Shown here: in pieces, positions 31,931-41,533 of the stretch
Layout of the letters: the number at the start of each line of letters is the position of its first letter
Position numbering within the stretch: the first letter of the stretch is position 1
From: a candidate division FCPU426 bacterium
GTDB lineage: Bacteria > Oederibacteriota > Muellerivitia > Muellerivitales > Muellerivitaceae
Length of the DNA: 64,000 nucleotides
Direction: 5' to 3'
NCBI GenBank assembly: GCA_963738405.1
Contig: CAVTWJ010000012.1
Span: 1 to 64,000, forward strand
The notes under the pieces: model-generated
Databases searched by the model: none
What the model was told of the DNA's origin: nothing
Seen by the model: only the letters and a program-made list of their open reading frames with translations
Made by a program: the position numbers and the translations under genes

Positions 31931-32038
31931 CCATTGGCTTAAATCATCTTCCGGGCGAACCCGACAAGGGGAAAGGCGTGAAAAGTCGTTTTTTTCAATG
32001 ATTGCAAGGGTTTTAGAGGTTTGTTAACATCTAAACCC

Positions 32039-33001
32039 ATGGATTCTCCAACCGCAGACTCTAAGAACCATACGCTCCTTTACGTCGGGCTTGGATTGCT
32101 CGCTTTTTTCATTTTAACCTTTGGTTTTGTGGTTTATTCGATCCAAAAGACCTTTTCCCACGGAAATACCGATTTTTTCGCGGGGGATGACGAGATCGAC
32201 TTAATTGAAATCCAAGGCCCCATTTACGAAAGCGATGATATTGTCCGCCGGATTAAAAAGTTCGGAAAAAGCTCCAAAAAGGCGCTTTTAATCAGGCTGG
32301 ATAGCCCGGGCGGTGCCGTGGCCCCTTCCCAGGAAATTTACACCGAAATCCTCCGCGCCCGGGAGGAAAAGAAAATCGTCGTGGCCAGCATGTCGAGTCT
32401 GGCCGCATCCGGCGCCTATTACATCGCCTCTGCCTGCGATCAAATCGTGGCCAATCCAGGCACCCTGACAGGGTCCATCGGGGTCATCGCTGAATTTCCA
32501 GACGCTTCAATACTTTTGAAAAAGGTGGGTCTTAATTTCGAGACCATCAAAAGCGGTCAATTCAAGGATACGGGTTCTTTCAGCCGACCCATGACTCCCC
32601 AGGAACGGCAATATCTGCAGGGAACCATCAACGAGGTTTATGAGCAGTTTTTAAGTTCCGTCATGCAGGGCCGCCGGAACGCTTTCCAATTGAAATTGTC
32701 CAAACTGCTCAAGGTTAAACCCCAGGCCGTAACGGACACGCAAATCACCCAATTTATCCGGCCCTACGCCGATGGAAGGGTCTTAACCGGAAGCCGGGCC
32801 TTTGACCTAGGGTTCGTCGATCAATTGGGAAACTATTATGACGCGGTGAAATTGACCGCAGATTTAAGCGGGATCAAGGGCGAACCGGTCGTGCGGCAGG
32901 ACGCGCCGAGCAAATTGGACCAATGGGTCAACGGGATATTGCCCTTTTCGTTTTTTTCTAGGAACAGCACAGGTTTTCAACTGGAATATAGAGCCTTTTA
33001 G
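32039..33001 (+). CDS. sppA: Signal peptide peptidase SppA (36K type)
   Basis: DSPGG, AASGAYY, TGSIGV, KSGQFKD; N-terminal TM. Confidence 0.95.
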   Translation: MDSPTADSKNHTLLYVGLGLLAFFILTFGFVVYSIQKTFSHGNTDFFAGDDEIDLIEIQGPIYESDDIVRRIKKFGKSSKKALLIRLDSPGGAVAPSQEIYTEILRAREEKKIVVASMSSLAASGAYYIASACDQIVANPGTLTGSIGVIAEFPDASILLKKVGLNFETIKSGQFKDTGSFSRPMTPQERQYLQGTINEVYEQFLSSVMQGRRNAFQLKLSKLLKVKPQAVTDTQITQFIRPYADGRVLTGSRAFDLGFVDQLGNYYDAVKLTADLSGIKGEPVVRQDAPSKLDQWVNGILPFSFFSRNSTGFQLEYRAF

Positions 33002-33006
33002 ATCTG

Positions 33007-34854
33007 TTGGACCATAGGAGGACAAATTGGCCGAAGCTAAAATCGCAGCGACTCCCGCGGATGCCCCAGCGCCCGAAACACCAGCCAGCCCCGGTTCCTG
33101 TAATGCCAAAAAAGGAAAGCGCCTTTATTAAAGCCGCCTCCCGAATCTTTTCTACGACTTTTATATTTGTGGCCGGTGTGGTCATGCTTTTGTTGGGAAT
33201 CCTTTTCAAAGTGCAAAACATTTCTTTGGGCCCATTAAACCAGGCCATCGCGGATCACCAATGGCGGGTCACTTATATTTTCGTGGGACTGGGATTGTTA
33301 TTCATCGGACAGGCGAGAACGCAGGTCGTGAGTCTTTATTCGGAAGAGGCGAGAAAAAATAGAGCCTCGACCCATAAATGGAAAATCCCCTTGGTCGTAG
33401 CCCAGGTCGTACTTCTTCAAGTGTCCGGGCTTTATGGCGCCTTAGTGGGTTTTCACGTCATCAAGGAACCCGTTAAAAACCTTCTTTTCTTTTTCTTCAT
33501 CGGCGTTGTTTTTCTCGGTTATTTTTTCTGGTATCTCATCGCCCATATGCAAAACCGCTACCAAACCCTCGCGGGTTTGAGAATAGCGGGCGTGAGCCTG
33601 ATCTTAGCCACCTTTTCTTTTTTCTCCTGGACCATCGGACAGTTTGTCCTTTTAAGCCTCTTAGCCGCTTTTTTTTCGGTTTTGGCCCTTTTAATTTCCA
33701 TCACCTTTGTTCCATTGGGTAAGGAGGAGCAAAGGGGAAATTGGCTTCGAGCCTTGTGCCTGATGGGAACGGTGCTTCTTCTGATCCCCATCGCCTTGGC
33801 CGCCAACCCCTTGAACAAAATTATCTCGACCTATGTTCAATTGGGCCCGGCCGCGCAAAATTTAAGCGGCCAAGTGGATCAATTGACCTATTCCCCAGAC
33901 AGTAAAAAGCTTGCCTTTACGCAAAAAAACGATGACGGGTGGTTTTTGGGGCTTTTGGACCCTGACGCGGCCGACAAAATGATCGTGAAATACCAAGCCG
34001 GCGATGACGCTTTCACCCCCATTTTTGTGGAGCGGGGGTCGGGGATTGTCGTCGATCTTCAAAAGGGTTCCGCCCGCAACCTCTATCTTTTGGATGTGGA
34101 GAAGGGCACCTTTAAATCCTTAACCCATACCGGCATCGAACCCCTATCGGGAGGAGTTCCTTGGTCCGAAACAAGCAAGCAATTTTTATACGTCACCAAA
34201 ACCGAAAGTGGTTATCAGCTGAACGCGCTCCCTCTCTCCTCGGGTAAAAGCGTTAAAATTTTCAGTTCGCCCAACCCCATTCTTTCACCTTCTTGGGTTA
34301 GTACGGGTTATCAAATCGCCTACGTGGACGGGATCTGCGAGCGGCCCTATATTTACGACCAAGAATTAAAGACCTCGCGCAAACTTTTTTCCGATGATGA
34401 AAAGGCGCAGATCGCCGCGGCCGACGGAAAACTCAAGATTGGTTATCCTGCGGTGGAGGTGATTCCATCCCCCGACGCCTTCCGCTACCTCTTCAAATGC
34501 AAAAAGGATGATGTCACCGTTTTGGAAACCGCCCTGGCCGACGGGTCCAAAGCCTATGAGCTGTACCGCTCCTTCCAGCCTATCGAACACCTGGCCTGGA
34601 TGGATTTGGGCCAAAAGATTATTTTCGAGGAAGCGGGCCGGCAGGCCATGTACTTGCGGCCTTCCAAACGGATTGAAATCCAGGACGCAAATCTGGGATC
34701 GATGGAAACCCTGATTTGGCCCCAGATTCCCCACCATTCACCGGCCCCCTCTCCGGATGGGGTGAAGGTGGCCTTTGTCGGGAGTTCCGGTTTATGGTAC
34801 CCTTCGATCGGTCTGCAAGAATCCTCCGGCATTTGGGTCGCGGTTCTTCGTTAA
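33007..34854 (+). CDS. Multi-TM protein with a C-terminal TolB/PD40-like propeller
   Basis: About 7 TM segments followed by YSPDSKKLAF and PSPDGVKVAF repeats. Confidence 0.8.
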   Translation: MDHRRTNWPKLKSQRLPRMPQRPKHQPAPVPVMPKKESAFIKAASRIFSTTFIFVAGVVMLLLGILFKVQNISLGPLNQAIADHQWRVTYIFVGLGLLFIGQARTQVVSLYSEEARKNRASTHKWKIPLVVAQVVLLQVSGLYGALVGFHVIKEPVKNLLFFFFIGVVFLGYFFWYLIAHMQNRYQTLAGLRIAGVSLILATFSFFSWTIGQFVLLSLLAAFFSVLALLISITFVPLGKEEQRGNWLRALCLMGTVLLLIPIALAANPLNKIISTYVQLGPAAQNLSGQVDQLTYSPDSKKLAFTQKNDDGWFLGLLDPDAADKMIVKYQAGDDAFTPIFVERGSGIVVDLQKGSARNLYLLDVEKGTFKSLTHTGIEPLSGGVPWSETSKQFLYVTKTESGYQLNALPLSSGKSVKIFSSPNPILSPSWVSTGYQIAYVDGICERPYIYDQELKTSRKLFSDDEKAQIAAADGKLKIGYPAVEVIPSPDAFRYLFKCKKDDVTVLETALADGSKAYELYRSFQPIEHLAWMDLGQKIIFEEAGRQAMYLRPSKRIEIQDANLGSMETLIWPQIPHHSPAPSPDGVKVAFVGSSGLWYPSIGLQESSGIWVAVLR

Positions 34855-34883
34855 GACAGCCTGAATGTGGGGAGGAGCTGAGA

Positions 34884-37800
34884 GTGGGTGAAAAGCCAAT
34901 TCTCAAGCGTCTCCTCTTTGTTTTTTTTATATTTTTTCTGGCCGCCAATACTCACGCCCTCGAATTTGGCGATAACAAAGTCCGATATCACGATCGGACT
35001 TGGCAAATTCTTGAAAGCCCGCATTTCCTGATTTATTACTATTCCCCCTGCGAATCTTTAGCGAAAGCCGCGGTGCAAGACGCGGAAGCCGCTTTTTTGC
35101 CCACAAGCAAGGCTTTTGATTACGTCCCGAAGACGAAGATTCCCCTTTTTATTTACGCGACCGGGTTGGAATTTCAAGAAACCAACATTACCCCCGAAAT
35201 TTTAGGCGAGGGGGTCGGGGGTTTCACGGAGGTATTTAAAAACCGGATTGTCCTTCCGATGGACGGCTCCTATTTTGAGTTTGAAAAGGTGTTGCACCAC
35301 GAATTGACCCACGCTTTTCAATACGACGTCATTTACGGGGAGGGTTGGAGGTCGTTGAACCTATTCAAGGCAGTATCGGTTCCGACCTGGATGATGGAGG
35401 GAATGGCCGAATGGAACGCCCGACATTTGGACGCTCAGGGCGAAATGGTATTAAGAGATGGGGTTTTAAACGACCAGATTCTGCCTCTTTCTCTTTTGGA
35501 TTCCTTCGACCATTTTGAGCAGGTTTATATGGCCTACAAGGAATCGCAAAGCATCCTGGACTATATTTCCCAAGTTTATGGAAGGGAAATGGTTCCCCAA
35601 CTTTTCGCCAAAATGGCGGGGAACCAATCCCCCGAAGGAGCCTGTAAGGCTCTATTGGGCCTTTCGCTTGAGGAGCTTTACCACAACTGGAGTTTCTATT
35701 ACAAAACCCAGGCCTGGTCCCGCATCAAAGGCATGCCCGAGCCCGAACGATACGGCGATAAAACCAGAGAAAAAGTATTTCGAGCCGTTTGGTCCCCGGA
35801 CGGCGGCCAATTGGCCTGCCTGGGGGAAGACCGGTTGTTTCTATTGGATCCTGATTCTAAAAAAGAGAAAACCTTAATCTCGCGACATTTTCAGGTGAAG
35901 GGAAGCGGTGTGGCTTGGTCGCCCGATGGAAAGTTTTTATCCTTCGTGGCGACGCAAGAAGGGGAGTACAAGCTTTACCTGTTCGAACTGGCGACCCAGC
36001 ATTTAACCGAACTGGGATTTACCGGATTGCCGGAAATAAATTCCCCCGCCTTTTCCCCTGACGGTCGATATATTCTTTTTAGCGGGTTTGACTACCATTC
36101 TTACCAACTGTACCGCGTGGACCTATCATCTAAAAAAATCGATCCGCTAACGGATGATGATCACACGAAAAGCTGGGGGCAGTATGATCCGTCAGGCGCG
36201 TCCATTTACTATTTGGATGAATGGCAGGGGGTTACCGCCCTTCGCCGTTTAAACTTAAACGCCGATGGGCTTCCAATCAGTTCATTCATCCAAGTCCCAC
36301 TTCCAGGCGGGACAATTTCATCCTTTCGAATCAAAAATAAAAAAGTATATTTCACCTCCAATTACGAAAAGAAAATTTTCAATCTTTACCAATCGGATCT
36401 TGATGGAAACCATTCCATCCAATTGACCCATAGTTACGCCGATGTTTTGACCGCCGATCCAACCCTTGACGGCGGGAGAGTTGCCGGGATGGTTTATCAA
36501 AAAGGTGCGGAGTCTTTATATCTTTTCAACGCGAATAAATTTGACGCGATTCCTTTGGCCGCGGGCCTAACCCCAAGCCTTAGTGAAAACTCTTTTCTTT
36601 CCGATTCTTTCGCTGAGGCCGAAAAGGTCATACCCGCTAGCTCCACCAAAACGAATTCCGCCTTAACACCGCTCGTAGCCCAGGCGGACCAAAATCCTTT
36701 GGACAGCAAAACCCAAACAGCGGTTCACGTTCCGGCACAAGTGGAAAAGGTTGAGATTTCCGATGCCTCCAATTTGGTTGTTTTGAAATGGACTCCGTTA
36801 GATCCGGACCAAAATACCGTTGAGGGTTACCGTATCTATCGCTCATCTTCAACCAGTTCCGCCTTTTCCCTGGTGGGCACCGTTGATGGTAGCAAGCCAT
36901 GCCAATTTGCTGATTATTTAACGGAGTCGGGCAAGAACTTCACCTATTACGTCAAGGCTTACAATTCGGCCGGGGAGGGAAATGCATCTTCGACCGTTAC
37001 CGCCACACCCCAGTTAACCCTCCTGCATAAAAAGTATGAATTCTCTTTTACCCCGGACATTATGCTTTTCATAGCAGGGTACGACAGCTCCTTTGGTTTT
37101 GTGGGCGGCGGAATGGCGCAAATGAGCGATTTGTTGGGGGATCACCGCTTGGCTCTTCTGGGTGACACCATTCCTAATGTTCAAACTGGATTGGAGGCAA
37201 ATTACGAGTTCTCCCAATGGAGGACCACGGTAGATGCTGATTTTTATTATTTTCAAAATTATTTCCAAGTTTTCGATCTTCAATCAGGGAATATCGTTAA
37301 TCAATACCGGAACAACGAAAATGGATTTGATTTAAAATTCACCTACCCGTTGGATTTTTCAACCCGAGTGGAATATGGAATCGGCAGCCAACGGTTTGAG
37401 GGAAGCCCCCTTTATCTCCAGTTTTCCCAGGGACTTTCGAATTACGGCCTTAATCCTGACCAATGGGACGTGGCAAATTTCTATACGCTTTCCTTCGTTA
37501 AAGACGAAAGAAGATCGCTCCATTTTTGGCCCTCAAACGGTTACTCGATCAATTTGACGCTTTTGCATGCCTTGCCGGTTTTAGACGCTAACGTTGAATT
37601 CGCAAATCTATTGCTAGAGACCCAAGCTTACGCGGATTTAGACTTTTTAAACCACTTGATTTGGGCGACGCGGCTCATCGGCATGACCTCTCAGGGGCCA
37701 GATCCCCAAACCTTTTTTATAGGGGACGACGCTCCCTTTCAGGCTTTTTTTACAACCATAAGGGGTTACGGGGGATCGACCTTTTACGGGAGGAATCTCG

Positions 37801-38099
37801 GTCTTTTAAACACCGAATTGCGTTATCCCATGGCGACGGATCTTAATTTCCCCCTTCAGCCCCTTTCTTTTCTTTTGTTAAAGGATATTGAATTGGCGGG
37901 ATTCATGGACGCTGGATGGACCAGTAATAGTCTTGATCATCTTTCCCAAAATCCACTTTTATGGAGTGCGGGATCGGGATTAAGGTTTTATTTCTCGGTT
38001 TACCAAAGGGCTTTGGTGATGTTTCGTTTTGACGTGGCCTGGAGGCTTGACGGGACCTATCCGCCGACTTTTCACTTCAATTTAGGCCCAATGTTTTAG
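34884..38099 (+). CDS. Gluzincin-like peptidase + PD40 propeller + FN3 + Omp85/BamA-type barrel
   Basis: HELTH...EGMAE; WSPDG repeats; LKW..GYRIYR..YYVKAYN FN3 pattern; IRGY motif; terminal Phe; GTG at 34884 after GGAGG. Confidence 0.85.
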   Translation: MGEKPILKRLLFVFFIFFLAANTHALEFGDNKVRYHDRTWQILESPHFLIYYYSPCESLAKAAVQDAEAAFLPTSKAFDYVPKTKIPLFIYATGLEFQETNITPEILGEGVGGFTEVFKNRIVLPMDGSYFEFEKVLHHELTHAFQYDVIYGEGWRSLNLFKAVSVPTWMMEGMAEWNARHLDAQGEMVLRDGVLNDQILPLSLLDSFDHFEQVYMAYKESQSILDYISQVYGREMVPQLFAKMAGNQSPEGACKALLGLSLEELYHNWSFYYKTQAWSRIKGMPEPERYGDKTREKVFRAVWSPDGGQLACLGEDRLFLLDPDSKKEKTLISRHFQVKGSGVAWSPDGKFLSFVATQEGEYKLYLFELATQHLTELGFTGLPEINSPAFSPDGRYILFSGFDYHSYQLYRVDLSSKKIDPLTDDDHTKSWGQYDPSGASIYYLDEWQGVTALRRLNLNADGLPISSFIQVPLPGGTISSFRIKNKKVYFTSNYEKKIFNLYQSDLDGNHSIQLTHSYADVLTADPTLDGGRVAGMVYQKGAESLYLFNANKFDAIPLAAGLTPSLSENSFLSDSFAEAEKVIPASSTKTNSALTPLVAQADQNPLDSKTQTAVHVPAQVEKVEISDASNLVVLKWTPLDPDQNTVEGYRIYRSSSTSSAFSLVGTVDGSKPCQFADYLTESGKNFTYYVKAYNSAGEGNASSTVTATPQLTLLHKKYEFSFTPDIMLFIAGYDSSFGFVGGGMAQMSDLLGDHRLALLGDTIPNVQTGLEANYEFSQWRTTVDADFYYFQNYFQVFDLQSGNIVNQYRNNENGFDLKFTYPLDFSTRVEYGIGSQRFEGSPLYLQFSQGLSNYGLNPDQWDVANFYTLSFVKDERRSLHFWPSNGYSINLTLLHALPVLDANVEFANLLLETQAYADLDFLNHLIWATRLIGMTSQGPDPQTFFIGDDAPFQAFFTTIRGYGGSTFYGRNLGLLNTELRYPMATDLNFPLQPLSFLLLKDIELAGFMDAGWTSNSLDHLSQNPLLWSAGSGLRFYFSVYQRALVMFRFDVAWRLDGTYPPTFHFNLGPMF

Positions 38100-38186
38100 C
38101 CAAATTAGAATTCTTTTCCTCCTTACCTGCAATCGTTATAATGAACGCTCTTGTGATTGAACCTATTTAGAAACGAGGTTTCATTC

Positions 38187-38816
38187 GTGAAAAAGATTCT
38201 CTTGGTTTTGGTGGCGGTCTTGGTCGGCCCGGTTCTTTGGGTACTCGCAGAAAACCAGGAAGATTTATTTTTCACTCATTACGAAGACATGCGATTGGGT
38301 TTTCTAAGGACCCAGTACACCAAAATCAATGATGGCAGGCCTATTCGCGTTGAAGGGTATTTTAAGGGCATCCATTGGAAGTCGCCGGTAACTTACCGGG
38401 AGCGCTTGAATGAATTAGGGCTAAATATAGATAAATATAACGTGGTCGAGATGAGCCTGAGAGAGCTCGACAACGTTCATTTCGCCTTTCCCATTCTTTT
38501 AATTCAAACCCAAGCAGGTGATTTGCACGAGATCAACAGCCTAGTGGATGGCCAAAAGGTGGCCCTCTATGGCAAGTATTTCAAGTTGAATAAATCCGAA
38601 TATGGCTTGGAACTGGATGTCCTAGAAGGCACCTCACCCAGCCGGGGAAGCCACGATGTCGGGATCGTCTTAGATGCCCGGGTTGCCCCATCGCCTACCC
38701 TGACACCCACCGTGACCGTGACACCCCAACCCAGCTTCTTTCAAAGGGTTGGCAACTGGATCAATCCAAAAGAAACAACGACGCCCAACCCCTCGGAAAC
38801 CCCATCCCCCAAATAG
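38187..38816 (+). CDS. Exported hypothetical protein with a T/P-rich tail
   Basis: Signal peptide; GAGG RBS before the GTG at 38187. Confidence 0.7.
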   Translation: MKKILLVLVAVLVGPVLWVLAENQEDLFFTHYEDMRLGFLRTQYTKINDGRPIRVEGYFKGIHWKSPVTYRERLNELGLNIDKYNVVEMSLRELDNVHFAFPILLIQTQAGDLHEINSLVDGQKVALYGKYFKLNKSEYGLELDVLEGTSPSRGSHDVGIVLDARVAPSPTLTPTVTVTPQPSFFQRVGNWINPKETTTPNPSETPSPK

Positions 38817-38904
38817 GGAATTACAAAGAATTTTTGGGGATTGGAATTTATTAAAGGTTTTATTTAAGTCTTAAAGCAGAATCTCCAAAGTTTACTCCGA
38901 ACGA

Positions 38905-39699
38905 ATGTTTTTCCGAGGAAATAGCTTGAACCTGAATGTTGAAGTTATTGGCAATGGTCGGCCCTTCCTATTGCTCCACGCCTTTCCACTGAATCACGAG
39001 ATGTTCCAAGCCATTCACCTACCTGGGTATAAACTTATCCTGCCTGATTTCCCGGGTTTTGGCCCAAAGGGAACCATTGACCCAAATTTCAGCTTGGAAA
39101 TGGCGTCTGATAGCCTTAAAAATGGCCTGGATGAGATTTTGCCACCTACGGAGAAAATCGTATTAGGCGGAGTTTCGATGGGTGGTTATTGGGCTTTTGA
39201 ATTTCTTCGGAAATACCCCGAAAAGGTTTCTGATCTTGTTTTGATATCGACCAGACCAGGAATTGATCGCTCTGAAGCAAAGCAAAAGCGATTAGAGATG
39301 GCCTATAGAGTTGAGAAGGAAGGCATTGCATATCTTCCGGATCTGTTGATGCCGGGTCTATTAGGCCCTAAGACCCTCAAAGAAAGGGCCATCGTAGTTG
39401 ATCGTGTTCGAAATTTGATCCTTTCGGGCAGTCCTGAAGGGGTCGCGGCTGCCCAAAGGGCGATGGCGAGCCGCCGGGACCAAACCGACTTGCTTGCTAA
39501 AATTGACTGTCGAGCCCTTATTTTGGCGGGCGCTGATGACCAGTTGATTCCAATAACCGAAGCGAAGGCGATGGCCATGGCCATAAAGAACAGCCGCCTC
39601 GAGATTTTGGAGCAGGTAGGCCACTTGATACCGCTCGAAACTGCAAATTTGTTCGAACAAAAATTGTGTAATTTCCTAACTCCGGACGGTCAAAATTAA
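38905..39699 (+). CDS. Alpha/beta hydrolase
   Basis: LLHAFP, DFPGFG, GVSMGG, DD and GH catalytic positions. Confidence 0.92.
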   Translation: MFFRGNSLNLNVEVIGNGRPFLLLHAFPLNHEMFQAIHLPGYKLILPDFPGFGPKGTIDPNFSLEMASDSLKNGLDEILPPTEKIVLGGVSMGGYWAFEFLRKYPEKVSDLVLISTRPGIDRSEAKQKRLEMAYRVEKEGIAYLPDLLMPGLLGPKTLKERAIVVDRVRNLILSGSPEGVAAAQRAMASRRDQTDLLAKIDCRALILAGADDQLIPITEAKAMAMAIKNSRLEILEQVGHLIPLETANLFEQKLCNFLTPDGQN

Positions 39700-39730
39700 A
39701 AAGCAAAGTGGAAATTTTCGCGATCATTCA

Positions 39731-40081
39731 TTGGATTTGACCTGCACCATATGCGGGAAAAAATACCAATATGTTTATAAAAACGGAAAATCTTCAGGCA
39801 GCAATAAGAAAAAATGTAACTCATGTCACGCCAATTCAGGGCGATTCGCTAAAAAGAATAAGATGATTGACTATAAAGGCGGGCGTTGCCAACTTTGTGG
39901 ATACAATAAATGTAATCGCGCTTTAACCTTTCATCATCTTGACCCAGCAAAGAAAGATTTTAATTTTGCGGGTAATCACTCACTCAAATGGGAGACCATC
40001 AAAAACGAGTTGGATAAATGTATTTTGCTTTGTCAAAACTGCCACTGTGAAGTCCATCCGGGTGTCGCCAAATACCCTTAA
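39731..40081 (+). CDS. Small HNH endonuclease-like protein with Zn-binding CxxC motifs
   Basis: GGRCQLCGY, ALTFHHLDP, CILLCQNCHCEVH; AT-rich; start uncertain. Confidence 0.8.
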   Translation: MDLTCTICGKKYQYVYKNGKSSGSNKKKCNSCHANSGRFAKKNKMIDYKGGRCQLCGYNKCNRALTFHHLDPAKKDFNFAGNHSLKWETIKNELDKCILLCQNCHCEVHPGVAKYP

Positions 40082-40100
40082 ATTTCACTTGAATCCCTTC

Positions 40101-40136
40101 TTGTATTTCATATAACTATAATTATATGAAATACAA
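40101..40136. promoter_or_regulatory. Palindromic dif-like tyrosine-recombinase site
   Basis: TTGTATTTCATATAA-CTATAA-TTATATGAAATACAA: perfect 15-bp arms, 6-bp spacer, ATAA-N6-TTAT core as in dif; overlaps the recombinase ATG. Confidence 0.8.
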
Positions 40137-41163
40137 AAATGACTCCCGGCCCCCAAAAGAATCAGAAAATCTTAATGAATTAGCTCCTTACAAAGATTTC
40201 CTTGCGCTTTGTAAATCTAATCATACTCGGTATAGCTATCATCAGGATCTGCGGGTTTTGAAACAATTTTTGGATCAAAACGGCTTAAATTCTCCGGTTC
40301 TGGCCAAACCTATCGACTTAACCCGATTCGCAGGTGAATTAATAAAACCCGGGCATACACCCATGGGAAAGCCACGTTTATCCTATTCTACCCGTTCAAT
40401 GAAACGTATCTTGGCCTCAACTCGTTCCTTTTTTCGCTTTTTAGCCTCCATCCAGCTAATTGCTACCGATCCTACGGCCGTATTTCACAATTTAAGCATC
40501 CGAAGTCCACATCGTAATCCTCGCCCATTGTCCCCAAGAGACCGTGAAATATTACTTCGAAATCTAAAAACTAATGATTTGCAAAACATGAAAATCAGCC
40601 TCTCGGTTCTTCTAGGCTATCACTGCGGCCTACGAGTCTCTGAAATCGCCCATTTAAAACTTAATGATTTGGATTTTACCCGAGGTTTAGTAACAGTCAT
40701 TGGCAAAGGCGACAAAGAAAGAATCGTTCCTATGACGGAGTCACTCAAGGAACTTGCAAAAAAATATTTTACTCAAATTCAAAACGAAGACCTTTATTTA
40801 TTTCCAAGTCCACGAACAAAGGATAAGCCAATCCATATTCGATACTTGGAAACTTGGGTTAAAACGGCAGCCCGATGGGCTAACTTGGATAAAAACGAAG
40901 AAATCACAGTTCATGTTCTGCGCCATTCCTTTGGTACCCAGCTTGCCGAATCCGGGGCCAGCGTTTATGAAATTCGAGATCTCATGGGGCATTCCAGCAT
41001 CGTGGTAAGTGAAAATTACGTCAAATTGGCTTCCACCAAAGCCACTCAAGCCCATCAAAAGGCCTTTCCTGTGACTTGGACAGCGATGGCACTCCAACTG
41101 GAGGCAGCCAATGGCCCTCAGTCGGTCTTGGCAAAACTAAGACAACTCAAAGGTTCAAGATGA
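40126..41163 (+). CDS. Xer-family tyrosine recombinase
   Basis: Core-binding HTRYSYHQDL; catalytic GLRVSE, GKGDKER, HVLRH, LMGH and Tyr (ENYV). Confidence 0.93.
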   Translation: MKYKNDSRPPKESENLNELAPYKDFLALCKSNHTRYSYHQDLRVLKQFLDQNGLNSPVLAKPIDLTRFAGELIKPGHTPMGKPRLSYSTRSMKRILASTRSFFRFLASIQLIATDPTAVFHNLSIRSPHRNPRPLSPRDREILLRNLKTNDLQNMKISLSVLLGYHCGLRVSEIAHLKLNDLDFTRGLVTVIGKGDKERIVPMTESLKELAKKYFTQIQNEDLYLFPSPRTKDKPIHIRYLETWVKTAARWANLDKNEEITVHVLRHSFGTQLAESGASVYEIRDLMGHSSIVVSENYVKLASTKATQAHQKAFPVTWTAMALQLEAANGPQSVLAKLRQLKGSR

Positions 41164-41533
41164 GGTTTCTGGTGAAAAAAAGATCTTTAGGCGAAGGTGG
41201 CAAAGCTAAGTCACCTACTATCCGACGATTCTTTTTCTTTAAAAGCTCGGATTAACGTTAGAAAAAAGAATCTGAAATAAAATGAAAAACGTGCCGATTT
41301 TGAATTTAAATGCCTTTTTTTTGAAAGATTATTTTGGTTTTGATTATTGAGTCGAACATTTTTTTCCTGATTTCGGACCACCTGTGAAATGATTTTGTTC
41401 TGCTGTTGAAGCTTAGGGATGCGATGGAAAGAACGCTTGGGGCGGGTTTGAGAAAGAAATTGGGTTCAAAAGTACACTTTTTCTCAATTTATAATGGCAG
41501 CAAAGAGTCCTAAAGTTTTACTTTCAGGGGTAA

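Noticed and set aside
41160..41255. 31-aa ORF overlapping the recombinase stop codon
   Set aside because: No RBS or motif; likely a chance ORF in AT-rich DNA
41468..41481. Short palindrome AAAAG-TACA-CTTTT reminiscent of difH
   Set aside because: Only 5-bp arms; far weaker than the 40101 site and expected by chance
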